DNA from: Octopus vulgaris | Taxonomy: Eukaryota | NCBI GenBank assembly: GCA_951406725.2 | Contig: OX597831.1 | Location: forward strand, 14,012,001 to 14,076,000 | Direction of reading: 5' to 3' | Length of the DNA: 64,000 bases | Shown: piece by piece, positions 1 to 12,879 of the stretch | How the letters are laid out: each line of letters opens with the position of its first letter | How positions within the stretch are numbered: position 1 is the stretch's first letter | The notes under the pieces: model-generated | Told to the model about the DNA's origin: nothing | Database searches by the model: none | Seen by the model: the letters and a program-made list of their open reading frames with translations, nothing else | Position numbers and translations under genes: made by a program

Positions 1-469
1 CTTACAAAGAAGTACTGGAATCTATTTGTTTAACCAAGTCCGTCAAGGTGATGCCCCAGCTTGGGCACAATCCGATGACTGAAAGATGTAAAAGACAAAA
101 TATAAGCTGGGATTTTGATAAAATCATAATATAATGTCTTCCCGAATCTACATCCAACTGTCTTGGAGAAGCAGTACCAGCTGTATAATGTATTGCCGAA
201 CGTAAAAAGAAACAGACCATAGCCGTCACTCGCGAGCGAGTTAAGGCCTGGTTGCACATATCATGATTTCGCCAATTGTTTTAGGTTCCTATGAATTTGC
301 CTGCAAACATAAACACCATTTCGGCCACCTCATCCTTGTTGCAGCAGAACAGCGAGGGTGTGACAGTTAAAAAGAAAAAGGGAGAAATAGAGAGAGACAG
401 AAGCAGACAGACAAAGAAGTGCCAGTACTTGGCTGGTACTCAGTTTTACCTGAGAAGGCTAAAGAAGAA

Positions 470-915
470 AGGTAAAGTTACCTTCTCGAGTAATGCCGAC
501 TTATAAGGATCGGTTTCAAGGATGTATGCAACAACACCAATAAATGAAACTGAACTCAATGAATGATGGACGATGGTGGATGGAAGAGAAAATGGCTGCC
601 ATAAGTCATACAGCGTTCGTGACTCATTCCAAACACTGCGCCATGCATACACACTCAACGCGCTAAACGTATACTCTATCCCCTTCTTCGTTACGCAAAA
701 CATACGGTATGTCTTCCGCACTACAACATGTACCCTGTGTAAAACAACCGCATATACACTACCCCGTATACCTCAGCGCAGGATTACTCGTTCTTCCTAT
801 CTGTGTGGAGCAGAGCAGCGTGAAATGAAGTAAACAAAACATATCGCTTGGTCCAGGAATCGAACCCACAATCTCGCATTCAGGAGTGCAACACCCTAAC
901 CACTAAGCCACGCAC
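470..915 (-). mobile_element. tRNA-headed SINE, family C (V/Meta-like central domain), degraded and interrupted
   Basis: Reverse complement of 850-915 reads as a tRNA-like head (GTGGCTTAGTGGTTAGGG...GGTTCGATTCC). The CGCAGGATTACTC segment and GGTAAAGTTACCTTCTC tail are shared with the copy at 1460-1730. Confidence 0.6.
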
Positions 916-944
916 CCCCACAAAACATATATTATTTTATTTTT

Positions 945-1142
945 TATTCTTTTCTTTGTTTCAGTCATTTGACTGCGACCATGCTGGAGCAGCGCCTTTA
1001 GTCGAACAAATCGAACCCAGCACTTATTCTTTGTAACCCTAGTACTTATTCTATCGGTCTCTTTTGTCGTTAAGTTTCGGGGACATAAATACACTAACAT
1101 CGGTTGTCAAGCGACGGTAGGGAGACAAACACACACACACAA

Positions 1143-1203
<61 letters not shown>

Positions 1204-1358
1204 CGACGGGCTTCTTTCAGTTTCCGTCTACCAAATCCTCGCACAAGGCTTTGGTCTGCCCGAGGCTATAGTAGAAGACACTAGTCCAAGGTGCCACGCA
1301 GTGGTGCTGAACCCGGAACCATGTGGTTGGTAAGCAGCTTCTTACCACACAGCCACGC
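945..1358 (-). mobile_element. CORE-type tRNA SINE (family A, OR-like) with internal (CA)n(TA)n
   Basis: Minus-strand head GTGGCTGTGTGGTAAG...GGGTTCAG, CORE-like ACCTTGG segment, internal microsatellite, tail GCTCCAGCATGGTCGCAGTCAAATGACTGAAAC. More than 10 homologous copies in the window. Confidence 0.85.
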
Positions 1359-1459
1359 TATATACACCACTCCACAAACTACACCCCATATACCATGACA
1401 TATACTATATTTTATACAGAAAAACATGTACTATATCCTGTACACCAGGTAAAAGTAAA

Positions 1460-1730
1460 AGTAAAGTTACCTTCTCCGGTCATGTCGACTCATAAGGACC
1501 GGTTTGCCGGTTTCCGTGGTGTATATACACATTTTCCGTGGTGTATATATTCCTCTCCTGGATGGGACGCTAGTCCGTCGCAGGATTACTCCTTTTTGCC
1601 AGTTGAGTGGACTGGAGCAAAGTGAAGTGTTTTTCTCAAGAACACATTGTGTCGCCCGGTCCAGGAATTTAACCCTTGACCTTATTGTGATTGTGAGTTG
1701 AATGGCTTGCACGCTCGACCATATGCCATT
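1460..1730 (-). mobile_element. SINE family C copy
   Basis: CCTGGATGGGACGCTAGTCCGTCGCAGG motif, GAGTGGACTGGAGCAA and a degenerate tRNA head; homologous to 470-915, 2140-2300, 28680-29260 and 48770-48900. Confidence 0.65.
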
Positions 1731-2389
1731 TCCTTATCAGACATTCTTGGATAAAGAGAAAAGACACAGAAAATAATATAATAGGATCCATTTTTAGGGA
1801 TGTTATTCATTAGAGGGTTACTAAATCAAGCGTAACCCGCGACTAATAAACAACAGCAACGACTATAAGTAACAGAGGTACGGCGACATTAACAACAACA
1901 GCAAGAACAATTGTATCACGTTTAAAATTATTGGTTCACAATGGACAATGAATATCTGGAAAAGGAAAAACAGGAGGGTCATGTATGGAATGCCTTAAGC
2001 CGTAGACATTTTTCTTTGTTTTCGAACATGAGAACAGTTAACAGCAACAACAACAGCAACTACATCACCAACACTTTCAATGTCAAAACGAGAGCCCCAC
2101 ATGTGCCACACTCCACGCGGTTTACCATCCATTAAAACTAAGTGCGCGCGTGGCCTAGTGGTAAAGGGGTTACACTGACGATCTCAAAATTGTGGTTTCG
2201 ATTTCTGGATCGGGCGATGCGTTGTACTTTCGTTCAAAATATCTTCACTTCCCGTTGCTCCAGTTCGCTCACCGACAGGTGTCCTGCTCAGGTACAGTGG
2301 AGGTGGTGGGGTGTTGTTGTTTGGCTCACTTGTACGCCATGAAAGCCGACTGAACGGATCTGTGACTCTTAGGACTCGAGACTGTAATG

Positions 2390-2960
2390 CTGACGATGAT
2401 GATGATGACGACGACGACGATGAAGAAGAAGACGATGAGGATGATGATGATGATGATGAGAAGGAACACCTCCTCCCCAACAACTGCAGCATCACCACTA
2501 TCACCAGCACAAACACTGCCGACTCATCAGCACAAAGGACAGCATCCGTTCCACTTCGGACAACACTTACCCCCAACGCCACCGACATCGATACCGAAAC
2601 ATGAACTGCACCCATAACATACAGAACGTTGCTTATCGCCAACATCAACAGCAACAACAACATTAACACGAGGACTGCCACACCAACATCAACAACACCA
2701 ACAGCAGCCATTAAAATGCCTCCACCACCGACTCCAACACCATTAACAGCATCATTAATGCATTAATATTAACTGTACCACCACCAACAACAACAACAAC
2801 ACTAACCTCAACACCAGCGACACTAATGCCACCTACATCAATACAAACAGTGTCAAGAAAACCACCACCAACAACAACAACAATAACAGTACAAGTGCCA
2901 CGAACGCTAGCAATAACAACAGCAACATCACCAAACCACCAACGCCAATAACATCAACAA
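2390..2960. repeat. Degenerate trinucleotide low-complexity tract (GAT/GAC/CAA/ACC)
   Basis: Triplet-periodic runs read directly. Confidence 0.8.
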
Positions 2961-3082
2961 TTTCAGGAAGCAGTTTGTATAAAGATGGTGGCATTGAAGT
3001 CGGTTTCTTTTCAGTAAATAAAAAAACTGCGCAGCGGGATATCGCTCGCATTCTCTGTTTATATATGTTAAGTGCATCTGTA

Positions 3083-4223
3083 CAGGGTGTGTCAGCTATT
3101 TGAGAAGAGAACTTTCATATAAGGGAAACAAATATATAATAAAAACCAATATATTTTTATATTATTTAATGCGTATTTTTTGCATAAAAAATTACAAAAG
3201 GACATTCGATAAAATGGCCATCGATTTCTGCCTCGCTACCGTTTCTGAAACGACTAAATGTGTTGATCTGGTTATCGTTGATTTTGTTGACTATAGCGTC
3301 ACTAAAAACAGTCATCAACGAGTCTTTGATATTGTGGTCATGCTTGTTGGTCTCCCTTTCCAAGACGCCCCAATCGTAGCAGTCCAGGAGTGTTAAATCG
3401 GCAGAGCTAGGAAGCCAAATATTAGGGGTTCCATGATCGTGAAAATATTCGCTCATCCACTCCTGAATCGTGCAGACTGTGACAGACGGAGCAAAGTCTT
3501 ACTGGGACATGTATGACCTCCTCCGAGCAACTCTCTCGAACCAGGGCTTGACAAGCTTGTCCATTTTCTTGATGCAGCAGCATTTACTCTATAAAACTTT
3601 GCATGGAAAAGAAAAGAAATATGACATAGCCATCATTGCTGACAACCCCCAAGACAATCACAGACAATGGAAACAGCTGTGTATAACAGAAGTGACATCA
3701 GGGTGGATGGCGCGCATCCGTTTGTCATTTCTCCAGCGCCTCGAAGTATTCAGTTTATTCAGTAGGTGCTTCGACCGGATCACATGATTCTCCGGAGGCT
3801 TATTCGGCATCAACTGTCTCTTCTCATACTACAAATTGTAGTTGAGGTCTCCATACATCACATGTCGAATCGCTGGTTCCGATACACGGAGATTATTAGT
3901 AACGGCCCTCATTGACTTATCGGAATTTCCGTTGATAAAACAGCGGGCACGATGGACCACTTCGTTGTTATGACAACGTATGAAGTCGATAATGTTTTAT
4001 TTCCTTTTTCTTTTCTTTCTTTTGAATATCGAAAAACACATTTCTATAGAGGCCAGGAGCTGTTTTTCTTATCTTAAATACGGATGATGTGGTAAGATTT
4101 AAGAAGGACGCGATCTCACGATTACTACGATTAGTGGCGAAGACGGCGACAACGGTTGGCTTCCTTTTAAGTTTGAGCTACTTTGGTTCTGTAGCTTTAT
4201 TCTCAAATAGATGATTCACCTTA
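3083..4223 (-). mobile_element. Degenerate maT-type Tc1/mariner element with both TIRs
   Basis: TA|CAGGGTGTGTCAGCTATTTGAGAA at 3081-3106 is mirrored imperfectly by TTCTCAAATAGATGATTCACCTTA at 4200-4223. Minus-strand peptide remnants: NREIASFLNL (HTH), KSMRAVTNNLRVSE, WLPSSADLTLLDCYDWGVLERETNK (degenerate WPPxSPDLNPLD). Confidence 0.8.
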
Positions 4224-4413
4224 TGTATGAGTGTGTGCTTGCATACAATATATATGTATATATATATATATATATATGTTTGCCTTTTAAGTGCTGTGGT
4301 TTTACTGGGATCTCCCTTTTAAGTAGAAAGAATAGCCAAAACTCTTTGACTGCTATTTCTAAATTCGCTGTGTGGTGAGGCAAATCGTTGCTAAACCCTT
4401 AATTACTTAGTAT

Positions 4414-4459
<46 letters not shown>

Positions 4460-4514
4460 GTATAAATACATACATAATACACCACATACATGTATATATA
4501 TATATACATAATAT

Positions 4515-4670
4515 ATACATTATTTACATTCGACGGATATTTGTCCTCATCTTGTATGTTGTTAACACAACGTCTTGGCTGATATACCTGCCAGCCTTCA
4601 TCAGGTGTCTTGGGGGAAATTTCGAACCTGGGTTCTCATTCCTGAGGTATTTTTCGATGTTATTGTTGTT
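4515..4670 (-). mobile_element. Headless copy of the tRNA-(AAT)n-hammerhead repeat; hammerhead core mutated
   Basis: Collinear with 17340-17505 and 34050-34210. Minus strand 4564-4609 reads GACAC CTGATGA A GGCTG..CAGCC AAGAC GTT GTGTT (GAAA changed to AAGA). Confidence 0.8.
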
Positions 4671-4845
4671 ATAAATCTCATATTCTCCTATCCTTCCTTA
4701 ATACCGGTTCCCGTTGCTATTCATATCTGCACTCGGTCTGCTCAGCAGGTTCTTCTCTCCTACCATATCTGCAGCATTTTTCAGTTTTCATATTTTCCAG
4801 TGGTGATCCTTGTCTATTATTTTAACTTCATCCCACAGGATAAAC

Positions 4846-4921
<76 letters not shown>

Positions 4922-5064
4922 ATGTATGTATGTATGTATGTATGTATGTATTATGTATGTAGCATAATAGTCGATCCCTAATTGCACTAACAATCATAGA
5001 ATAAATATTCTAGCCACAGTTAACTTTCGCCGGATATGGCTTCTTTTGAACTCATTGCCCCTTG

Positions 5065-5199
5065 AAATACATACACACATACATACATACATACATACAT
5101 ACATACATACATACATACATACATACATACATACATACAAACATACAAACATACATACATACATACATACATACATACATACAAACATACGTACATATA

Positions 5200-5233
<34 letters not shown>

Positions 5234-5239
5234 CATACA

Positions 5240-5271
<32 letters not shown>

Positions 5272-5522
5272 CATACATACATACATACATACATACATAC
5301 ACATACATACATACATACATACATACATACAAACATACATACATGCATACAAACATACATACATACATACATACATACATACATACATACATACATACTC
5401 GTAATCGAGTATGGGCATACACACATACACGCACAGGGATACACATCTACACACACACACACACACACTATACATACATACATACATAAATACATATACA
5501 TACATACATACATACATACATA
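5065..5522. repeat. (TACA)n microsatellite
   Basis: Direct reading. Confidence 0.95.
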
Positions 5523-6539
5523 GAAACTTGTTTTAAATTTACGTTTGTTTGTGCAAATATTACTTAATTATTGAAAGGGTTTCAAGACGCAACGAAAATA
5601 ATAGGAAGATTAAAATAAGGAATAAGTGGAAATTTTACCGGTGAGTGTGTTAAATTATAAGGCACAAAAAGAAAACGACTCTCCCCAGACTCAAACGAAT
5701 ATGCTTCAACACACGAACTCATATAAAGAATCTTGCAAAGCAAATCTAAAAACGAAATATAATATTGATTAAAATATACACAGAAATAAGGATTTTTTCT
5801 CTTATTCAAATGTTGAGTCTACAGCGGTGAATGTTATTAAAATACCTTTTTAAATGTTCCAAAATGGTAAATAGATATTTATTGTGTAAGAAAATTGAGA
5901 ATTAAGGAAAGATAACTCATGCGATCTAAATTGTCAAATTACTGCAGGAAAATATTATTTTTCGGTGTGGTAATAATTTAAAAAGTCTATTGCCTTTGTA
6001 ATAAGGTAAAAGTAATTGAAACATACCGAGTTTGATTATCTATAAATTTTTTAGCTTCAGAAATAGGTGAAAGAAGATTGGATGTGGTAATTACGAAATG
6101 TAAGAAATGTGACCGGACACACTCGAGCTGTGTGTTCAAGGGAAGCAACTCTGAACGCTTATCGGCAAAAGATTAAAATACTAGGTTTTAGAAAATGAAT
6201 GCTGTGGTTGATTCATTCGACTAAAAGTTCTTCAACGCAGTGCTCCAGCATGGCCGCAGTCTAATAACTGAAACAGGCAGAATATAAAAGATTACATTTC
6301 AATATGCAAGCGCATGCACGCACGCACTCACACACACACACACACCAGTCACTCACTCACTTGTACGCACACACGCATACACTGTACACACACACCCACA
6401 TACGTACATACACCCGCTTGTAGGCTCTCACTTTCTCTCTCTTTCTCTTTCTCTCTCTCTCTCACACATACACACACACACACAAACACACATACACACA
6501 CTAACGAACCATGTATCTTTCGATCCATCCGTTTACCTG

Positions 6540-6614
<75 letters not shown>

Positions 6615-6662
6615 GTGTGTGCGTGTATACATACATATATATATATATATATACATATGTAC

Positions 6663-6793
<131 letters not shown>

Positions 6794-6805
6794 TGTATGT
6801 ATGTA

Positions 6806-7130
6806 TATACGAAAATTTCGCTGGACATAATGCCGAATTCGGTCGACCTCATCAGGTGAAATAGTTTATTTGTTTGGATTTCCTATATGACTAGTGAAGA
6901 TTAGTATTAAGGCTAAGTGCGATGCCCAACAAGGTGCCTACTTTATTATCCATTTGTAATACAATATTTAAATTATAATTTCTTTTAGTTCTAATTAGAA
7001 TTTCTTCAAAGATTTCTTAATGCGTTCAGTCTCCGGACGGGTTAAACTTTTAGTTCCGAAAAGTGTATCGTCTCTATAAAGACCACCGGATGTGTTGGGA
7101 AAATATCACTTGATTTGCAGGAGGAGAAAT
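6806..7130. mobile_element. Degenerate Penelope-like remnant
   Basis: Minus-strand CTGATGAG...CCAGCGAAATTTTC (6806-6860) abuts a microsatellite. Plus-strand SPDGLNF* near 7028-7052 resembles a GIY-YIG domain C-terminus. Confidence 0.4.
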
Positions 7131-7213
7131 AAGCATACAAGGTCTTTTATTTGGGCTGAATAATTGCTCCCTTATAAACTAACCTGAACCACATGATTGG
7201 GAAGCACCCATGC

Positions 7214-7242
<29 letters not shown>

Positions 7243-7247
<5 letters not shown>

Positions 7248-7926
7248 TACAAATTGAGATAGAGGTTGTGAGTGTAACCCACTATGGGATAACATATATC
7301 CAATATACTGCCAGTAAAGCACCCAATAAAGTTAATACATAAATATTAAGAATTGCGATGCAATTAATTCATTTATTGTATTATATGGACGAAGGTAAAA
7401 TGTTTTACCACAAATTAATAATACAAAATAAAAAAATGGAGGAATACACTGTAATCAATAATCAACTACCAGATAATACCCATTCACGTAATTTATTAAC
7501 CAACTACATATGAACATCAAGATCAAACACAATAATACAGAACAAAACAGTGCACATTAATGAGTAATATGATACAATAAGTACAATACGTATAAATAAA
7601 TATAAATATAAACTATATCTTACAGCTGTTTCAGCCATGTAGATATGAGTATCTCATTACTCTCCTGGCTAATATGAGCATAATGAGATACTCATATCTA
7701 CATGGCTGAAACAGCTGTAAGATATAGTTTATATTTATATTTATTTATATTTATTTATACGTATTGTACTTATTGTATCATATTACTCATTGATGTGCAC
7801 TGTTTTGTTCTGTATTATTGTGTTTGATCTTGATGTTCATATGTAGTTGGTTAATAAATTACGTGAATGGGTATTATCTGGTAGTTGCTTATTGATTAAA
7901 GTGTATTCCTCCATTTTCTTATTTTG

Positions 7927-7932
<6 letters not shown>
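7243..7932. mobile_element. Fold-back repeat between two (TA)n tracts, probable Penelope-like pLTR remnant
   Basis: Arms 7418-7659 and 7681-7932 are near-perfect reverse complements with a 21-nt spacer. Each arm holds GAAACAGCTGTA, the 3' half of a hammerhead. Confidence 0.75.
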
Positions 7933-7990
<58 letters not shown>

Positions 7991-7992
<2 letters not shown>

Positions 7993-8282
7993 GGAGATGT
8001 ACTTGCATAGCAAGTGACTTGATCTGAGATCGTGTGCTGGAACGAAAACAATTGCAGCGTGGAAGGTGTTTATAAGCCATTTAAGAAACACACAAAAGCC
8101 GTTAGATTCACTTCAACATCTAAATTTAATTTGTCAAAATATTTTCGTCGCTTTGAGACCACGACCTGTTCATTGACAAAACTTGATGAGCTGAGAAAAC
8201 TTGATGACAAAAGAGATGCAGCACGAAGTTTTGTCAGTGAACAGGTCGCGATCTCAAAGCGACGAAAATATTTTGACAAATT
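7991..8282. mobile_element. Penelope-like remnant with inverted duplicated hammerhead variant
   Basis: Arms about 8127-8184 and 8226-8283 are inverted. Plus arm folds as TTTGTCA GTGAACA G GTCGC..GCGAC GAAA ATATTT TGACAAA. Abuts (TA)n. Confidence 0.7.
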
Positions 8283-8735
8283 ACGGGGACAGGCACGTGA
8301 GTTTGTATGCATTATGTGTAATGATTGCTTGTATATGTATGTATGTGTGCACGTAAGTATATATCATGTAAGTGTGTGTCCTGCACACGCATACAGAGAT
8401 TTGAATGGCTGATAATAAAGGCGGGATTCATTATCAACTGTTTCGGTTGAATGAGCGGGAAAAGCCTTCCAGTTTGTGAATCCCTTCAGAGAGATTTTTA
8501 CCCTGAAATACGAGTTGCTTTTGTCTGTCGTGACACAGAGATATTACCTTTGTTGCTGCACTCACAATCACACGCACGTGCGTATATATACATACATTAA
8601 TGATGTATAAATCGACAGATACATACATACATTGGAAAATATACGGATAGACAGATATTCTTACATAATCATATATCTATTTATCTCTCAAACTCTATAT
8701 AAACGCACACATATACACATGTACAACTAATAGCG

Positions 8736-8775
<40 letters not shown>

Positions 8776-8784
8776 TGTGACCTC

Positions 8785-9122
<338 letters not shown>

Positions 9123-9429
9123 GCATATAATTATATATATATTATACATAATACATATAATGTTTTATAAATACACACATGCGCACTCCTACATTTACAC
9201 ACGCACATACTATAAAGTGCCAATCAGACGCAGTATATACTTGTGATCGATGATAATGAATAATTTACAGACACATTGTAGAAATAAGAATGTGTGAATG
9301 ACAATATGACAATGTCAAGTATGGAAGCACGCTACTGCAGTAATTTCCATTGGTCCAGTTGTTGTTGTTGCTTTGAGGATATTGAATTCCGGCTCAAACC
9401 TGATTCAATAGCTCAATATTTGTTTTTCA

Positions 9430-10062
9430 TGTTTCATTCGTATCAGTTTTTGGATTGTGGCCACGCTGGAGGACCTTTTCGGAGATTTTTAATCGATAAA
9501 ATCGATCGCATTACTTGTTTTCAAGCCAGATTCTATCATTCTCTTTTCGCCGAACCGCTAGATTAAATAGACGTTAGCAGAACAACACCGCTCATCAAGC
9601 GCTAGTATGGGAAAAACTCAAAAACACACACGCACGCGCACGTATACACACACATGCACACACACATATACATAAGCACACAAATACACACACACATACA
9701 CACACACGCACACACTCAAAACACACGCACGCACATACACAACGCGTGTGCACATATGCAAAAACACATGCACACACACACAAACACACACACACAAGCA
9801 CACACAAGCACACACAAGCACACACACACACACAAGCACACACAAGCACACACAAGCACACACACACACACACACACAAACATACACACATATACGCGGC
9901 GGTCTTCTTCCATATTTCAATTTCTATGGACTAAATTTTTTCACAAGTCTTCACGGTCTTTAGTAGAAGACACCTATCCAGATTGCCTCGCAGTCAGACT
10001 GAAAATGGGGAACCACATGATTAGTAAGCAAGCTTCTTACAACACAGCCACGCCTGCGCCTG
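9430..10062 (-). mobile_element. SINE family A copy with expanded internal (CA)-rich tract
   Basis: Tail at 9430-9600, microsatellite 9620-9895, head at 9900-10062. Confidence 0.75.
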
Positions 10063-10464
10063 ACAAACATTTCACCGGAAATGATCTCTCGTTTTAGAGT
10101 TAAATAAAACCACAATCACGTAATACGCCATTTTGAATTAATACTTAAGCACTTCGGGCAGGATTTCCGAGAGTTCTGTTTCTTACTTTTAACTCAAACA
10201 TGGTTGATTATGATTTCGACCGAGCAGACGTGCAACGAATCGAATGAATTGTAGTTGAATCTTTGTAAATGGCGTTGGGTTTTGAGGTAGAATCATAGAG
10301 TGCTCAAGGTTACATTGTTTTACAAATATTTGGAGAGTCTACTATACGTTTAGGCATATGTGAAGTAAACTGGGACCGATTTAGGCATCGCTGCCTCGTG
10401 TGCGTGTGCGTTGTGTGTGTGCGTGTGTGATGTGTGTGTGTAACTATGTGTGTGTGTATGTGTG

Positions 10465-10534
<70 letters not shown>

Positions 10535-10536
<2 letters not shown>

Positions 10537-10744
10537 AAGTTAATCCAAACAAGAAAACACAAAAAAACACAACAACGCGAAGACGTGGAACAAATAAAGT
10601 ATTATTGGATGCTCAGGAAAAAAGGGAAGAAGGAGGGCTTAACGTTTCGAGCGGAGCTCTTCGTCGGAAACATAGGAGAAGGAAAGATCCAGAGAAGGGA
10701 AGACAAAGGATAAAACATCACCAACGGTACACACGAGGTCACAT
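10535..10744 (-). mobile_element. Second copy of the U4C hammerhead repeat (hammerhead 10637-10671)
   Basis: Reverse complement of 8785-9002. Core CCGACGA and stem II GAGC/GCTC identical; cleavage triplet GTT. Confidence 0.75.
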
Positions 10745-11659
10745 GGGTAAATTGTCGCCATTTTCCATTTTTAATTTCGCACATGCGCGTTGGTTGTTTT
10801 TGATTCTGTTGACTACACAGTATAGTAGAGTCGGTTGAGCATCGTCTGTCAGAAAAGCAGCACCATGACGCGATTCATTCGGACAGAAATTTGGAAAGGA
10901 CATTCTGTACGGCTTGGTATTCGCACTGCAAGCTCCAATTGTAGTGCACCTGAGCACTGTACACAATGTTTTTATTATTATTATTATATGAACATTTCAG
11001 AGTGATGGTTGTCAATCTGAGGACAGTGCAAAGGATTCTAAAAGAGTTGGATAAGTCTAACCGGGATTACGAAGGTGTTTCGAGTGATCACTAGTGATGG
11101 CGACGTTATGCCTCCGTTCATCTTCCCACACTGCTTCAGACTCAATGCGGAGGCCTACATCAAGTGCGTGGAGGAGGTAGTGCTGCCCTGGGTCAAAAGG
11201 GTGGCTGCTGGAAGACCTTATGTCGAGCAACAGGACTCTGCACCATTCCACACAAACAGGAGAGTGCAGCCATGGCTGTCAGACAATTTCTGCGACCACA
11301 TCACCCTTAACACCTGGCCACCTAAGTCTCCAGACTGCAACCCCCTTGATTAGTATGTGTGGGGTGTAGTTAAGTGAAAGATCAACAAAACTCCTTGTTA
11401 CTCCAAAAATGAACTGAAGGCAAGGATTATGGCAGCATTGACCAACTTAAACAAGAAGACCGTCCAGAAGAGTTGCAGGAGATTCCGTAGTCGTCTGGAG
11501 TCCGTGGTTGAAGCCAATGGCGAGGTTATTGAATAGATTTACTCTTTAGTATTTCAAGATATTTCAATGTAATTTTGGTAAATATATCTGTTAAAATGAG
11601 ATGTCAGTGTTATTTTCATTTTAGCGTAATTTAGACGACAGTTTATTCACCACACCCTG
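10745..11659 (+). mobile_element. Internally deleted DD37D maT transposon (transposase pseudogene)
   Basis: ATG at 10865 (MTRFIRTEIWK..), then NLRTVQRILKELDKS joined directly to VITSDGDVMPP. QQDSAP to SPDCNPLD has 37 residues between the two Asp. In-frame stops present. Right end CACACCCTG|TA. Confidence 0.85.
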
Positions 11660-11664
11660 TACAT

Positions 11665-11672
11665 GTATGTGT

Positions 11673-11719
<47 letters not shown>

Positions 11720-11742
11720 TGTGAGTGTCTGTGTGTGTGAGT

Positions 11743-11817
<75 letters not shown>

Positions 11818-11842
11818 TGTGTGTGTGTGTCTGTGTGTCTGT

Positions 11843-11899
<57 letters not shown>

Positions 11900-11910
11900 T
11901 GTGTGTGTGT
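11665..11910. repeat. (TG)n microsatellite
   Basis: Direct reading. Confidence 0.95.
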
Positions 11911-12059
11911 CAATGTATTAACAGGAAGGAAAATTTCTGTTTACAGGTCCCGAAATTATTGTTTAGAGCTGATGATTAAACTCTGACTGTTGTTGTCGTT
12001 GTGATGATAGTGATAGCAATGGCGGTAACCCCGTGTGGGAACGATTATGACAGCTCACC

Positions 12060-12252
12060 ACCAGGCAGTGGCTCTCATGGCTTTTCATCTTAACTGAATG
12101 GAACTGTTATCACGTACATTGTTTTGTCTTGGTATGAAAGATGGGCTACAGCAAATATTCTGCTCAATACCACAGATTTGCTTGTCAGTTGTTTGACCTT
12201 AACCAGTTTGTATCCGAGTGTCACTTCGAAGACATGCACTGCTCTCTCACTC

Positions 12253-12307
<55 letters not shown>

Positions 12308-12868
12308 GCCCTGATGTAGTATCAGGCAGTAGTTCTCATGGCTTTTCATCTTAACTGATTGGAAGTGTTATCATGTACATTGTTTTGTCTTGGGATAAAA
12401 GATGGGCTGCGGCAAATATTCTGCTCAATTCCACAGATTTGCTTGTCAGTTGTTGGACCTTAACCAGTTGAGCATGTCCCTTAGTGGCTGACGAAATGTG
12501 CATCTCTGATCGTGAGCAGAAGCAGTGGAGGAGCATCATAGCCATGTGTTGAGAGGAATTCTTTGGGTTAGGATAATTCACCCCTGGAAATATGGGTGTT
12601 TCATTCAACATCTTTAAACAACCTTTTTTCAAGGACCTTATGAACTGCATGGGGTACTCGAAGAAAATTCTAACTGAGCCCCACCAGCAAGGTCATGCGC
12701 TATTTATCATGATGTGAGATCACCGTGTCGCTCACATATGGTTGTGGTGCATGTGGTGCACGTGCCTGGTGCAGCCTTTTCAGACGGGTAGTTATGACGG
12801 GTATACTGGGCTTCGTAGAACTGTATCTCGGTGTCACTTTGACGGCAGGCACTGCACTCTCATTCAAG
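12060..12868 (+). mobile_element. Non-coding (AAT)n-associated repeat: deleted copy (12060-12253), (AAT)n, longer copy (12305-12868)
   Basis: 12060-12208 matches 12319-12470. Both copies end GTGTCACTT..GCACTGC(T/A)CTCTCA(C/T)TCAA. The same 3' end lies reversed inside (ATT)n at 17864-17940. Confidence 0.7.
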
Positions 12869-12879
12869 GATGATGATGA

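Noticed and set aside
100-310. Possible minus-strand exon after a TTTGCAG acceptor near 301
   Set aside because: All three frames hit a stop within about 15 codons of the acceptor and no protein family is recognisable.
2184-2711. 175-aa ORF and overlapping acidic/Thr-rich ORFs
   Set aside because: Open only because of trinucleotide repeats; no splice or domain support.
4994-5523. Long YIHT/MYVC ORFs here and many similar ones across the window
   Set aside because: Translations of microsatellites.
12485-12545. CTGACGA...GAAG hammerhead-like motif
   Set aside because: GAAG instead of GAAA and no convincing stems I or III.
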